Source of the DNA: the human T2T-CHM13v2.0 reference genome, Homo sapiens
NCBI RefSeq assembly: GCF_009914755.1
Contig: NC_060944.1
Strand: one strand, 5' to 3'
DNA length: 64,000 nt
Of the stretch, positions 1 to 12,450 are shown piece by piece. The translations under genes were made by a program, and so were the position numbers. The notes under the pieces were generated by a model, which ran no database searches, had not been told where the DNA came from, and worked only from the letters and a program-made list of their open reading frames with translations. Position 1 is the stretch's first letter, and each line of letters opens with the position of its first letter.

Positions 1-2548
1 CTATCATAGTGCAGAGACTTTGGGTAGTAAAGCTGGAAAACTTTGGATTAAGTGCTGGTTCTACTGCTCAGCAACTCTGGTGTGGGGCAAGTTGCTCCAT
101 TTCTCTGGGCCTGTTTTCTTGTGAAAACTGGCCAAATCCCTCCTCACAGTAATCATGGAAGGGCACTACAGATGTCAGTTGCAGGTTTATCACATCACCA
201 CTTTTCATTATGCTTAGCAGGTGTGATTTTTGCCCTCAAGGAGCGGGCTCTGGTCAGAGGTAGGGGTTCCACAGAGAGGAATGAGAAGAGCCCCGGTAGA
301 AGCTGGTAGCCAGGCAGTCAGGCACAGCCTGAGCAGTCAGGGAGCTGAGATGTGGCATCTGCTAGGATGAAGCACCACAAGCCTAAGGCCTCCCCAAGGG
401 CCCACTGGGGCTGAGACCTACACCCTTTATTGTGCCCACAAGTACCTGGGAGGGTCTGTGCTTAAACTCAGAACCATGTGGTCTGAGCCATTCCTGTTCA
501 TAGCTACAGAAAGCGCCTCTACTACCTTCGGTGAGCTTACTGTGCTGTTAGCTCCCTGGGAAAAGTGCTCTTTCTGTGATGGCGGACGGGAAAAGAACCC
601 CAAGCCAAGATCCTCTCCCCAATAGAGAGCCCTCTTATTTTCCTTCTTTGTGCCCACAAGAGAGAACCAGACTCAGACCTGTAGGCTGTTCTGAGGCTTC
701 CAACAGGAGGGCCAGAGCCAGTGCCAGAGCTAGAGGGAGCAGGGAGGAGCCTTTGGGAAATGTCAGCTTCACTTCCTGGCATGGGACCCAGTGATTACAG
801 CGGTCATTACAAGCTGGTGTCTCAGGAGTTCTTGCAGAGTGCTGTGCTGTTGGTCTGACCTTCTGTAGTCACACTGTGTTCTGCTAGTTTATTATGTAAA
901 AAGGAACCTCTGGTTTCTGAACCTGCCTCCTTGCCAACACTGCTTTTCAGCTGCCACATGCTACCTTCCTGCTGATGGGCATCCTTTTCAGGAGATTGTC
1001 CGCAGGGAGGGAGGAAAGGAATGCTGGAAAGCCATAACTGGTCCCAAAGATTATTTTAGCACATCACATGTGGCTGTATAATTTCTCATCGTATTTCACA
1101 AGGTCTTAATGTCTCAGATGGTGAGGGCCTACCCTAAATACCCTCTTCCCCCATCTTCAGGTTGATCTGCTGTGTCTACGGAAAGCACGGAGAGAAAGCA
1201 ATAGGCATGCTAAATAGAGCTAGAGTTTGAGATGGCTGCTGAATCATCAGGGAATATGTTTATGATGATTTTCTTTTTCCAAGTCAAAAACTGGGATACA
1301 AGACCCACAAGTGGATTTTTTTGAGGGGAATTAACAGACCAAGGAACAGAAGCAGCAGAGTGAAAGACTGGGCCCGAAAAATCCTGTATTTTCTTTCCAG
1401 ATCAGCCACACCCACTTTCTTGGTCACCCGCTCCCTGGGCAGTAGAGCAGGGAGTCACATAGTCTAACCTCCCGTTTGGCAGTGTGGAAGCTCTCCTTTG
1501 TCCACTGGGCATGGAAGAGTCCAGACAAGACCCCACATCTGGACCTTTCTATTGGAGCTGCCAGCTTTTCTTGTTCATTAAAGTACCCTATTTTTCCTAT
1601 TAAAAACTAAAATATAACATTGGTGTGTGTTCATTATTAAAAATCAGAAGTGAGGGAAGAGGAAAATCCAGTCACAACAAGCACAACATGTTGGTGTATT
1701 TATTGTCAGATTTTCCTACACTGAGGGGTTTGTGTTTTTACATAGTTATGGTCATGCTGTGCGCTACACAACTTTGTAACCTACCCTTTCCACCTACCCC
1801 AGGGAAGTGCTTTTGTCATAATCTTCAAAATGTCATGCAATGATCTCATTTCCTCTGTAGTATATCAGTGCGTTGAAGGATCATTTGCTTACTTAATCCT
1901 TATTTTTGGACTTGTGAGTTGTTATATTTCAGTGAACTTCTTTATCCATAAAGTTCTTTTCATATTTAGGTTTATCTGTTAAGCTTGGCTTTCAGGAGTG
2001 GAATTTCAGGGAGCTACCAATCTAAACACCTTTGAAGCCCTAAAAACAGTGCCAGACTACCTTCCAGAAGCCTTATCCCCTCCTCCAGCAGTGTGCGGGG
2101 CACCCTCACCAGCCAGAAACACTTTCAGTGGTTGCGTGGCTGAGAACCATGGCCTGTTCAGATTTAACACGTTTATAGTCTCTGGTTGGGGACAGTTGGC
2201 TAGGAAGGGGTGGAGTCATTGAGTATGTTTGTCCCTGCTGTGGGCCAGGAACCTGAGTCATTCCACCCAGACCTCAACCAAGAGTCCCCAGTGCTCAGAG
2301 GGAGAAACTGAGGCCAACAGGCAGTAAATCATCCAATATTATCATCCAATATTGTCCTATCCTGCTGCCTCTTGGGAGGACTGGCCAGGTCCCTTCCCAG
2401 GAGCTGAGGACAACGAGCCGGTGTTGTCAGCCCGCACAGGTGGCAAGTCATGGCAGCCACGGTGCTGGCTCTGCCTGACAAAGAAAGGCACGCACAGTGA
2501 AAGACTTGTCTGCTTTGGTCATTCGGGCACTTTAAAAACTCCTAGATG

Positions 2549-2793
2549 GGCCAAGGTAGGTGGATCACTTGAGCCCAGGAGTTCAAGACCAGCCTGGACA
2601 ACATGACAAAACGTCGTCTCTACTAAAAATATAAAAATTAGCCTGGCGTGGTGGCATGTGCCCTGTAGTCACAGCTACTCAGGAGGCTGAGGTGGGAGGA
2701 TCACTAGAGCACAGGAGTTCAAGGTTGCAGTGAGCTGTGATCAAGGCACTGTACTCCAGCCTGGGTGACAGAGCAAGACCCTGTCTCAAAAAA
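2549..2793 (+). mobile_element. 5'-truncated AluJ-type SINE inside a MER5-like remnant
   Basis: Alu body with gagcccaggagttc (J-type); TSD aaaa(c)ctcctagatg at 2534-2548 and 2789-2804; TTT/AAAA endonuclease site. Confidence 0.92.
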
Positions 2794-3554
2794 CCTCCTA
2801 GATGATTCCATGTGCAACGAGGCTGGAGCACTGTTGCCCTAGATGGCCCGCCCTGCCCAGGACAGCGCTATACTTAGCACTGATCCGATAGCTCAGAGTG
2901 GGCGCTGCCCAAGACTAATCTCTGTGGGCCCTTGTATTCTAGGCCTCCAGTAGAATAAGCCACTGAAGGGCAGGCTTCTTGTCTTATTCCTGAGGCCTGG
3001 CACTAAGGCAGTTTCCAAATAATAGCCAACACTAATAGGATCAGGCACTCTTCTTGGTTTTACGTTCATTTAATCTTCATAATAGCCTGTGACGCAGGTA
3101 CAGGTGATGAGACCAGGGAACAGAGGACTTAAATTCCCCCACAGTCGAGGGGCAGCTCCTGTTTACTCAGTTGCCCGTTCTGGCTCCAGAGCCCTCGTTC
3201 TTAACCCCCACAGTGCACTGCAGCAGACAGTGCAGGCCCAGTCCAGCCCTGCCCCTGGGTGTGGGATTCTGGCCCATGTTAAGACCTGAGCAGGTAGCCT
3301 GGTTCGGATTCTCAGAGGCCTGAGCTTCACTCTTCTCTTCTGTAAAACAGGATTACTGAACCTAGAGAGGGTTGCTGTGGCGTTTCTAACAAACAGCACA
3401 ATTAGTCACAGAGAGTGGGGAAGAAAGCATGAGTGGAAGCAGTGCTGGCAAGGTCTGTGGGGACAGACTATCCAGGGTGGGCCCTGCGGTGTCTTGCTCC
3501 TAATAGTACGGGGAAGCCAGGGTTCAAGATTGGTTTGACAGCTAGAGCCAGCAA

Positions 3555-3680
3555 GCTTGGGTTCCCAGCTAGTGTCTGCCCCTTAGTCAGTGTGCCCTTG
3601 GGTAAGTTACTTAACCTGAGCCTCAGTTTCCCTATCTGAAAAATAAGCATGTGTGAATAAGACCAGGGAGGTTGTGAAGC
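3555..3680 (+). mobile_element. MIR
   Basis: MIR core ccttgggtaagttacttaacctgagcctcagtttccctatctgaaaaat. Confidence 0.8.
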
Positions 3681-3774
3681 TAGATTTACCCCATCTCTTT
3701 AGAGCTCTGCCCCACAGCCCCCAGCACACACAGCTTCAGTGTTCCTCTGGGTTGAGGGCTGGTGCCCAGGCCTG

Positions 3775-3815
3775 CTGACCAATGTCCCCTCCTTACCCGC
3801 CTTCTGTCTTCCAGG
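3775..3815 (+). promoter_or_regulatory. 3' splice site (branch point, polypyrimidine tract, AG)
   Basis: gctgAccaatgtcccctccttacccgccttctgtcttccAG|G; no other AG between the branch point and the acceptor. Confidence 0.85.
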
Positions 3816-3952
3816 TCGATTCCTCGGGACCCACAGTCTCACCACGTCTCCTCCAGAGGACGGCAGAGGGTACAGGTGGTGGCCTGGCCGGTTGGCGATC
3901 TCCCGACAGCTGGATCCGGCAATGTGAAGCTTTTGTTTGGGTTTCCCCGCTT

Positions 3953-4015
3953 CTTTTTAGTTTTGCTTTATTTTTTTCCTTTTCTTTTTTTTTTTTTTTT
4001 CTCTTTCCTTTTTTT
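3953..4015 (+). repeat. T-rich low-complexity tract in the proximal 3' UTR
   Basis: Nearly pure T/C run including a long poly-T. Confidence 0.9.
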
Positions 4016-7000
4016 AAATTTAAACCATTGAGACTTCAGAAGAGCAGGACACAATGCTGTGGACAGGCACCAATTTCTTTAAAGAAATTCAATGTGGGCA
4101 AGGCATATGTGTAAATTTCACTTTTACTTTTTATAAGGGGTTAGGGAGCTATTTTTGGTTTTGTCCTTCACTTTCCCTCTGTCTTCCTTCTTTATACTTT
4201 TCTCAGTTCTACTTATGACACCTCACTTCCCTAGAGAAGGCCTGCCTCCCCATAGGGAATCTGGGGGTTTCTTCTGGAACGGGGCGTGAGGACACAAGGA
4301 GGCCTCTGGGCCACGCCTCCCTACCAGATGCAGGAACTCCTGGACTCCTTGGTGGGCTGGCCCTGGCTAGCCCTTGGGCCTCGGAGATGATCAGAGGTGA
4401 AGAACCGCCTGGAAGAGGAAGGCCAGGGTTTGGCCAGGAGAACTAAGAAGGTCTCAACTCCAGGCTTTGTTGTGTTTAAGCTATTGGGAGCCCCAGGCCA
4501 CACCAGGACTTGCAGTGGTGGGAATCCATTCCTCTTCTGCCCTGTGTTGCAGGGAACTAGGAGGTAAGGGTGGAGGGCGACCATCTCGCTCTTGCTGGCG
4601 GTGGAGCAGCCATCCCTGCCTTTCTGTTGGGAAAAACTGTTGTGCCAAACTCTTGTGTGGAACACAGCTGGGTCTTCAGCAGGCATCTGTCACTGCCGTG
4701 AGGTCAGCGCTTCTCACCTAACTGCCTCCTGGATTGTCATCTTCCCAGATGTGTCCCATAGTGTCCAGGTGTCACAGAGACGGCCTGAGGCCCTAAGATC
4801 TGGTTGTGACTTTGCCATGATAACAGGGTGTCCTGAACTGGCTGCCGTTGTCGTGTTCTCACAGTGAAGGGCGTGCCCTGTGTGCCGGGGTCCATGGTGT
4901 CATATGCAGTGACACACACTGTCAAGCGCCATTTCTCTCACCCCTGGAGACTTACTGTTAGGTGCCTGCCCTCAGTATAGACGTATCCAATGGGAAAACA
5001 GCGGACCTGCCCAGAGCAGGGAGGTGTCGTGGAACTGGGTAGACCCCCTGCAGCGTTAGGGGCCCATTTGTGGGCTCGCCACCTTCAGGCTTCCCCAGCC
5101 ATGACACTTCAGCCCCGCCACCCATGCCTGTCTGCTGCAGCCATCCTTGCACTCTCCAGCGACACTCTCGCACCTCCCTAGGGGAAGCTTCCCTCCCCCT
5201 GGGCTGCTGCTCTGAGCCCGTCTGTTCTCCCCCTGCAAGAAGGGGCAATGCTCTTGTGTTGTCCCTCTGTCTGGACGCGCCTGGCCACTCCGAAGGCTTT
5301 TCACCCCATTATGGCCAAATAGTATAGGGCCACTGGGGAGGGGGAAGGGAATCATTTTGTGTTCATTTTTGTTTTCTGTTTCACCTAAACCAGCATAGGA
5401 TTGATAGGGGAGACGGTTGGCGGGCATTTCCGTTTCTATGTGACTATGTGACCAAGGCAGCAGGGGCTTTTACCTGCTAGGCGGCAGTCCTTTGGCCCTG
5501 AGAATTGGGAGAGAACAGTGCATCAGGCCAGGCTCAGCAATATGTTTGCTCACATTCTTTCAGCCTTCTCTCACCCCCCTCAACACCAAACTTTCTTCCT
5601 TGTGAGCAGAAGGTTGGCTGCTGTTAGCAGGATCCCACAGTGATAACCAGGCCCTTCCCTTCCTAAGCCAAAACCCATTGTGACTGCCTGTCTCTCCTGT
5701 CTCTGACTTCTCAGGCAGCCTCCTGAGTGCACTGAGTTGTATCCGAGAGGGTGGGAACAGCAGCATCCCCTAATTGCAGTACACGGTTCCTTTTCCGCCC
5801 GCCACCCTGCCTTTCCTTGGGGGCAGCTGTCTCTCTGTACATGAGCAAATGGGCAAAAACAGTCCCCAAACCCAGCACCCCCCTCTCCCTGGCTGCAGCC
5901 CACACTGTAACATCCCTAGTGAGGCTCCAGCCTAATGAGCCCCTTATTTTCTTTTTCTTCCCTCCCCAGGTCTCGTAGCTCTAACTAAAAAGTTCTTGGA
6001 GCCATCGTGCTCCCCCTTTGTTATTTTTCTTGCTATCAGAGTAGCAAGAAACAGCACCCCTGTAGGTGACAGGTGGGCAGCCTGGTAGGGGTCGCCAGCC
6101 TCCATGCCCCCTCATCTTCCAGTTCTTGCTTAGTGGCACGACCTCTTTCCATAGCATAAATGCAGGCCAGCGTTTTAGCCCCAAGTGCCTGCCCTTGCTT
6201 CTTACCCCTCCCCTGCTTTCTCAAACACTTGCCCACCTCAGGCACTCAGCGGGCTCCGCCGTGGTGAGAGAACTGGCCGTGGCTCAGCCCCGGGTAGCAC
6301 CTGTAGTTTCAGTGCCACTCTCCACTGTCCCCTTGTGGACCAGCTTCCACTCACTGTCACGTCCCCCCTCCTGCGTCTTCACTGGGTCTCAGGCTGCCAG
6401 CAGCTCTCTGGTGCATCGTCTCAACACCACCAAGTTTGTAGGACCTGCCCAAGTTCTAGTAGTATTCAAAACTTCAAACGGCAGTCATTTGTTCTCCTCG
6501 GCTCTGTGGCAAGGATAGCCCTTTGGAGGGGGACTCTTGACCTCGGCTGTTAGGGATCTGAACTTGGTTTTCCCGTCAGAAGAATCAGCAGGACAGATAG
6601 TAGTGCCTTATTCCATTGTCCTCCCCTGGCCAGGCCTCCTGGCTCAGCTGGAAGTGCATGGCTTCTTTCTCCCTATCTGTGTCCTCTGTCACTTGCTCTT
6701 TCACTCTCTCTCTCATTCCCAGAGAGCCACGGGGGAGGGATCACCCTCACCCCCAACACCCTCTTCCTGAGGGCTGTAGCCAGGTCCGCATCTCCCCACC
6801 ACCACCAGGGCACTCACTCGCAGCTATAGCCCAGGACAGAAAAACTGTGCTTTGGACAGGTGCACACTCTCTGCCTCTTACCTCTAGCCAGGAGGATGCC
6901 TCAGTCTGTTCATTCGAGACTGGCCCCGTCTGAACCTTCTCTGGGCACTGGGGACTAAGGTTGCAGGCCTTAGCCTCGTCTCGTCCCAGAGGCATTGGGT

Positions 7001-8340
7001 CAGGAGAATGGGAATTTTTTTCCTCCCACCTGGACATAGTTTGCCCCTGTGGCTGCCTTTCTGAGGGAGTATATTAAATGTTTACTTAAGAAACACCCTG
7101 TTTACAGCCAGAGGAGAAACACCCAACACTGAGTGGAGATTTGACTCTGGACAGGGCCTGGCCTCCTTAGTGGCACTGCCGGGGGGCCCCAGAGCGAATG
7201 AGGGCAGAGATGCCCGGGGCAGGGGCAAACGCCCTCCGCTCCCTCTGCTCCCAACCCTGTGGTGCTAGGACCACTCCCCGCCTTCCCTACGGCCTCCTCG
7301 CCCTGCACATTCCCCACCTTCACATTCCCCTCCTCCAAGATCTCAGCTCCTTAACATATCAGTTGTCTCCTAGCCTAGAAAACCAGTGTTTGGAGCAATA
7401 AGATGATTATTTTTGCTTGAATCTTTTTCTAAGAGAAGGAAAAGAGCTGGCATTGTGGGAATTTTCTTTTTATGCTGTTAGCTGTTTACCTTCTTAGAAG
7501 ACATCCTAATAGGATGGATGTCTGGGTTTTAGCCTTGGGGTATCTTTTGGAAACTTAGAAAAGCAGGAGTCAGGCTGCCACCCCCTAAGGAGGGACCCTA
7601 ACGTTCTGCCCTTGCCTGGTTCCATATGGCTCCTTCCAGCCCTGCCCACCAAGTGCAGCTCCCACTTTCCATCCTGCCCATACGCCCCTCTTCCCCCGAC
7701 ATCTGGGGGCGCTGGTGGCACTTACTCTAGGTTGGTCTCAGACTATCCCTCCCCTTGGCTGGTTTTCCCTCCTAGGCCTGTCTGGCAGCCCCCAGACAGA
7801 CGTAGCTCCTGGGAGTCTCGGCCCTGGCAACCTTGGAAGAGCCAAGCTGACATTGTTTAGCTCTTCAGGCCACTGGGTTTTGGAGGCAGAAGTCCAGAGA
7901 TACTGGCTCTGCCAAGCTGTCGTACTGGGCTGTGGCACAGCCTTCGAGACAACACGGGTGTATCTCTGATCCTGCCCTACCTAGGCTTCAAGGGGCTTCT
8001 GTCTGGAGAAATGCCCTCAAAGGGTAACCAGTAGGTGTGGCATTGAATTGGCCAGTGTTAGCATCTACAGCCATCACCGAGATGAGTCCACTGCCGTTGC
8101 CTGCCCGAGGGCCCCCTAAGGTTATAGACGGTATCAGCAGGGAGGCCGTCCCGCTGGTTTTCTAGGAGAGCCCACAGGAGGAAGGGAGCCTCTTCAGGGG
8201 CACTGGAATCTTTTGTGCCAGGGGCTTCTTTTCATCAGAGCCGGGGAGTACATTGCAGTGACTTCTTAAACATTTGTGTGGGACAGACGAGCGTGAGGGA
8301 GGTTTTAAGCCAGGCACAAAGTTAGTTTCCAATACTAGTT

Positions 8341-8346
8341 AATAAA
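8341..8346 (+). terminator. Proximal poly(A) signal AATAAA
   Basis: Canonical hexamer followed by a U-rich tract (8351-8372). Confidence 0.55.
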
Positions 8347-8543
8347 TCTATTTTTCTTCATTTCCTTTTTTTGCACAGAAGCTGGTAATCTAGGACCTAC
8401 GTGTGAACAACTTTATATGAATATTTTTTGTACTTGGTTTACTTGGGTTGGTATGATACATTATATTTAAGTTCCTTGAACACTGTGGATCCCCTAATGT
8501 GTATGAATGACTGAGGCTTTGTAAATTAAGGGACGTTTGTGTG

Positions 8544-8610
8544 AATAAAGTTATTTGATGGGGTCAAAGAAGCCATATGTGATTTGAAAAAGAGTGTTTT
8601 GTGGTTTGTT
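8544..8610 (+). terminator. Distal poly(A) signal AATAAA with GU-rich downstream element
   Basis: AATAAA 8544-8549, several upstream TGTA motifs (~8429, ~8501, ~8520), and gtgttttgtggtttgtt at ~8594-8610. Confidence 0.8.
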
Positions 8611-9904
8611 GCCCCTGTTTGGGAGGGTGGCAAGGCCAGCCCATGCGCAGCCCCCCATCCCAGCTGGTGGGTGGTGGGAGAGAAGGATCCTTGGCCGTTT
8701 CCATGTCCCCGTGCTTGAAGAAGCTGCCTGATGGCCTTTGACTGACCTTCCCATTCTACACCTGAGAAACCAGCACTTGGAAGTGCAGGAAGCTATCTGA
8801 AATCGTGCAGCTGCCACTGGGGGATCCTGGATCCAAACTAAGCCTAGTCTGCCCTTCCAGGGGGTCCGGGGCCTAAGCAAACATTGTGGGCCCCTCCTCC
8901 AGACATCTCAGAAGCCCCCTCAACCCCCAACCCTGTGGTTCTGCAAGTTCTGCCTTTGAGAGAGTTTTAACAAAGAGCTAAAAAGGGGGGGTCTCCATAC
9001 CACAGCAGTAAAGGTGTAAGGATCAAGTTTTGGAAAAGCTCAGCAGAGAGGTCGGTTCCATGAGAGGTCAGAGGTCAGGTCAGTGGCCTGAGGTTGGTAG
9101 CACCCGTGTCCAAAAAGCAAAGGGGTCCAGTCAAGCCAGGCCATCCTGGTTGGGTTGGGAATGGGAAAAAGAGCACATAGTCCATCTCCCTTTCTGCCTG
9201 GGCCAACAAAAGCCACATTCCATGAGGACCAGGGACTGGAATTTATGAAAAGCCACATGTTTTTGTGACCATCGTACTGCATAGCAGGTGTGATGTGTGC
9301 TCCTCTACGCATAAGAGAACTAAAACCCAGAGAAATCAAGACTGCTGGGTGAGTGCCAGGCGGGCTGGGGAAAGAGCTCCCGCCACTTGCCAGCCGGGAC
9401 AGGTAACTGAGCCTCGCTGAACATCTACTTCCTCAACGAAAGTGGGGGTGATGACAGCTACCTTCAGACAAGTTGCAGGCTAAATAAGAACCTAATATTG
9501 GGCCCAGCACATAGTAGGCACTGAAATGGTTTTTTGATTTTCCCAAAGAGACAGGTTTGGGATTCTTCCGGAGTCTGCTGAGCACTAAGCCCCAACTCCT
9601 GGCATCGCGCAGCTTTGGTGAGGGTTGATGTTGACTGTGGAGCCCATCATTCAGGGGCTGTCCCAGGGAGACCCGGGGAACCCAGGACAAATACAACTCC
9701 TGCAGGAGGATGGAGTCAGGACTTAGGAATGTGTAAGTTAGAGGAAAAGAGAAGACTGGCTTGCCTAATCTGCGAGTGAATAAGCTACATTCTGGGCCCA
9801 AGAGTTGGTGCCCAGTGGCTGCTGGGGATGGGGCTTCCAGAAAAGGATACTTCTGTCCTTAGCCTGGGCGATAACCTGGAGCTTGAAGGACAGCCCACAA
9901 ATTT

Positions 9905-10290
9905 GTTTTCTTATTAACAGATTTTTTTAGAGAATTCATCCTTCTGAAGAGTGCAATTCAGTGGTTTTTAGTACATGTACAGAGTTGGGCAGCCATTACA
10001 CTAGCTAATACCGGAACATCTCCTCAAAAGAAAAAAAAAAAAAATCCATGCCTGCTGGCAGTCACTTCCTAGTCCTTCCATGTTTTTCATTTCCTTGGGT
10101 ATATACCAAGCAGTGGAATTGCTGGGTCATATAATCACTGTTTAGTTTTTTGGGACCTGCCAGGCTTTTCCGGAGTGGCTGCACCGTTGTCCATTCCCAC
10201 CGGCAATGCACTAGGGTTCCTGTTGCCCCACATTTTTGCTATATTGTCTTTTTTATTGTAGTCAATTGAGTGGGTGTAAAGTGGTCACAA
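9905..10290 (-). mobile_element. Old L1M 3'-end fragment
   Basis: Motifs gtgcaattcagtggtttttagtacat, gtggaattgctgggtcatat and cattcccaccggcaatg, typical of antisense L1M 3' ends. Confidence 0.75.
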
Positions 10291-11339
10291 GTTGTTATAG
10301 GCTAGGTCTACACCATTGTACTACGGGTTAATAGCGGATAAGGGGAGAATAGACAGTAGATGCTTTAGACTCTTGACCCAGACACTGATGCATCCAGCAA
10401 CTGCTGGGGGCATAGCCTGTGCCTAGGATGGTATAAAGAACACAAACAGGCTCTGATCTTTACTGGCTCTTTGAGGCAGATCACCTTTCTGACTTTATTT
10501 TCTCATTTACAAAGTATAAATACTCACTTCGCAGGACTAAAGATTTTACCTGCAAAATGCTTGGCGGGCACCCCTTCAGTGAGCATCTCCTTTCCCTGTG
10601 TCCTACAGAGTTAAGGCAGGGCTCAAAGATGAATGGTGAGGAACGTGGGATGTATCACTGTAATACAAGGTCTGAGGTGTGTCACCCAGACCCTGGAGGG
10701 AAGGATCTGGAATACAGAACCAGGCCAGTGTCTGTGCCAGTGGAAGAAGCTAGACATCCGGGCCCTCACTGATCTTCCTCTCCTAAGCCGCTGCTGGCTG
10801 TCCAGCTCCAGCCTCTGCCGTAGTCGTTGGATTAATACCCACTCCCAGCCACCTACTCAGTGCTCTGAGTCAGACAGGCCTTGCCAGCAAGGAGCTCCTG
10901 GCCCACGGAAGGGGAGTCAGAAGACAGGTACATCCTCATAGCATGCCAGGTATAACAGAGAGGGAAGCTCCAGGGGCTGTGGAGCTTGGAGAAGGCCCCA
11001 TTGCAACCCAAGGGCCCTTGGGGAGACTTTTGGAAGAGGCGAGGTCTAAAGGGCCACACTCAGTCCACCCTGTTGCCTGGGACCTGAGCCTGCCCCTCTC
11101 CAGGCCATGCCACAGCCCCTCAGCCTGCAGTGCTCCCTGACAGACTGCTCACCACCCATTGTTCTGAGGGCGTGGTGGGCATGGCGCCCTCACCCTGTTT
11201 GAGCCTTTCAACTTGGAGAGCTGCAGGGTCTGCTGGCCTCCCAGGGGGTCTTTACCTTGTGATATCTCACCCTGAGAATCCAAAAGAGATCCTGAGGCAT
11301 TGAGCTCCACTCCTCAATCCAGTCTCCAACTAACAGATT

Positions 11340-11850
11340 TCATTTTAAATCATCAGAACAGATCATGCTGTGGCACAGGACACTGTAGGCTCCTATTACG
11401 CCTAAGATATTCTCCAGACCCCCTGTCTCCGTGGCCTCCCAGGTCCATTTCCTACCCAGTACCCCCTCAGGCTCTGCCTCCAAGCCATCTTGACCTTATT
11501 GCTTAAGCACACAGGACACTTCCGTCTCAGGGCCTTCACACTGGCTGTTTCTGCTACCCGGAACGCGTTCTTTCTTCACTGCCTGATATAGGTCTTTGCT
11601 CATTTCACCTGAGAGAGCCTTCCCGGCACCCTTATTTAAAGAAACACCTCACCATCACCACCTCTTTAGCATGCTTTATTTTTATTTATAGCACTTATCA
11701 CTAGCAGAAAGTTTTATATATTGTATATATACACGTGTGTATATAAATCTGTGTGTATGTATGTGAGATAGATAGATAGATATAGATATGCTTAAGCAGT
11801 GCCTGAGAAGGCACATAGTAAATACGTAATATGTATTTATTGATTGCATA
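11340..11850 (-). mobile_element. L2 fragment
   Basis: L2-like ctcagggccttcacactggctgtt, tttatagcacttatcact and gcacatagtaaat. Confidence 0.65.
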
Positions 11851-12127
11851 TCATATCAGAGCATGCTAGTTCACAGACCCAGTAGAATAAACTTCCTTGG
11901 GTGCCTGCAGGGTAGAGGGCGGTGCCAGGATAGGAATCCAGGCCTCCTGAGCCCTGGCCCACACCCTGTGCCTGGCCTGCAAATTCTCTTCTTTCCTGAG
12001 GCTTAGTCACAGTCCACTTCATTCCCGCCAACCCCTGATAAGTAGGAATGAAACCAGCTACTTGAGAAGGAAATCACCAGATGTGAATGATTATATTATT
12101 GGGCTTTGATTTTTTTCATCTGGAAAT

Positions 12128-12450
12128 GGGTCAGCAAACATTTTCTGTGAAGGGTCAAAAAGCAAATATTTTAGGCTTTGCATGCCATAGGGCCTCTGCT
12201 GCAGCTCCTCCGCTTTGCTGTCCTAACACACAGCAGCCATAGACACCATGTAAACAAATGAGCAGGGCTGCGTGCCAGTAGAGCTTTATTTATGGGCACT
12301 GACATTTGGATTTCACAGAGTTTTCACCAAATTGTCGCAAAATATTGTTCTGTTTGTCTTCAACCATTTTAAAATGTAAAAACCACACACCTAGAGTGGT
12401 CCAGGGCTTGCTTTTGAGTGCTGGCTTCTGGACAGCATGGCCCATGACAC
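12128..12450 (+). mobile_element. MER58 (hAT-Charlie), B-like
   Basis: gggtcagcaaacattttctgtgaagggtca...aaatattttaggctttgc...gcagccatagaca...taaacaaatgagc matches MER58. Confidence 0.8.

Larger units (their letters stand above)
3815..8575 (+). other. STK35: Terminal non-coding (3'-UTR) exon, probably STK35
   Basis: Seen: branch-point-like CTGAC (3775-3779), pyrimidine tract and CAG|G at 3812-3815, no credible ORF, no Alu for 4.7 kb, AATAAA at 8341 and 8544 with a GU-rich downstream element. Recalled, not searched: the exon start matches the STK35 mRNA just after its stop-codon exon. The 3' end is approximate. Confidence 0.8.

Noticed and set aside
2328-2353. 13-bp tandem duplication atcatccaatatt
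   Set aside because: An ordinary microduplication with no sign of function.
3739-4114. ORFs overlapping the terminal-exon start (62, 89 and 110 aa)
   Set aside because: They start in intronic sequence, run into the T-rich tract (poly-Phe) and resemble no protein I recognise; consistent with 3' UTR.
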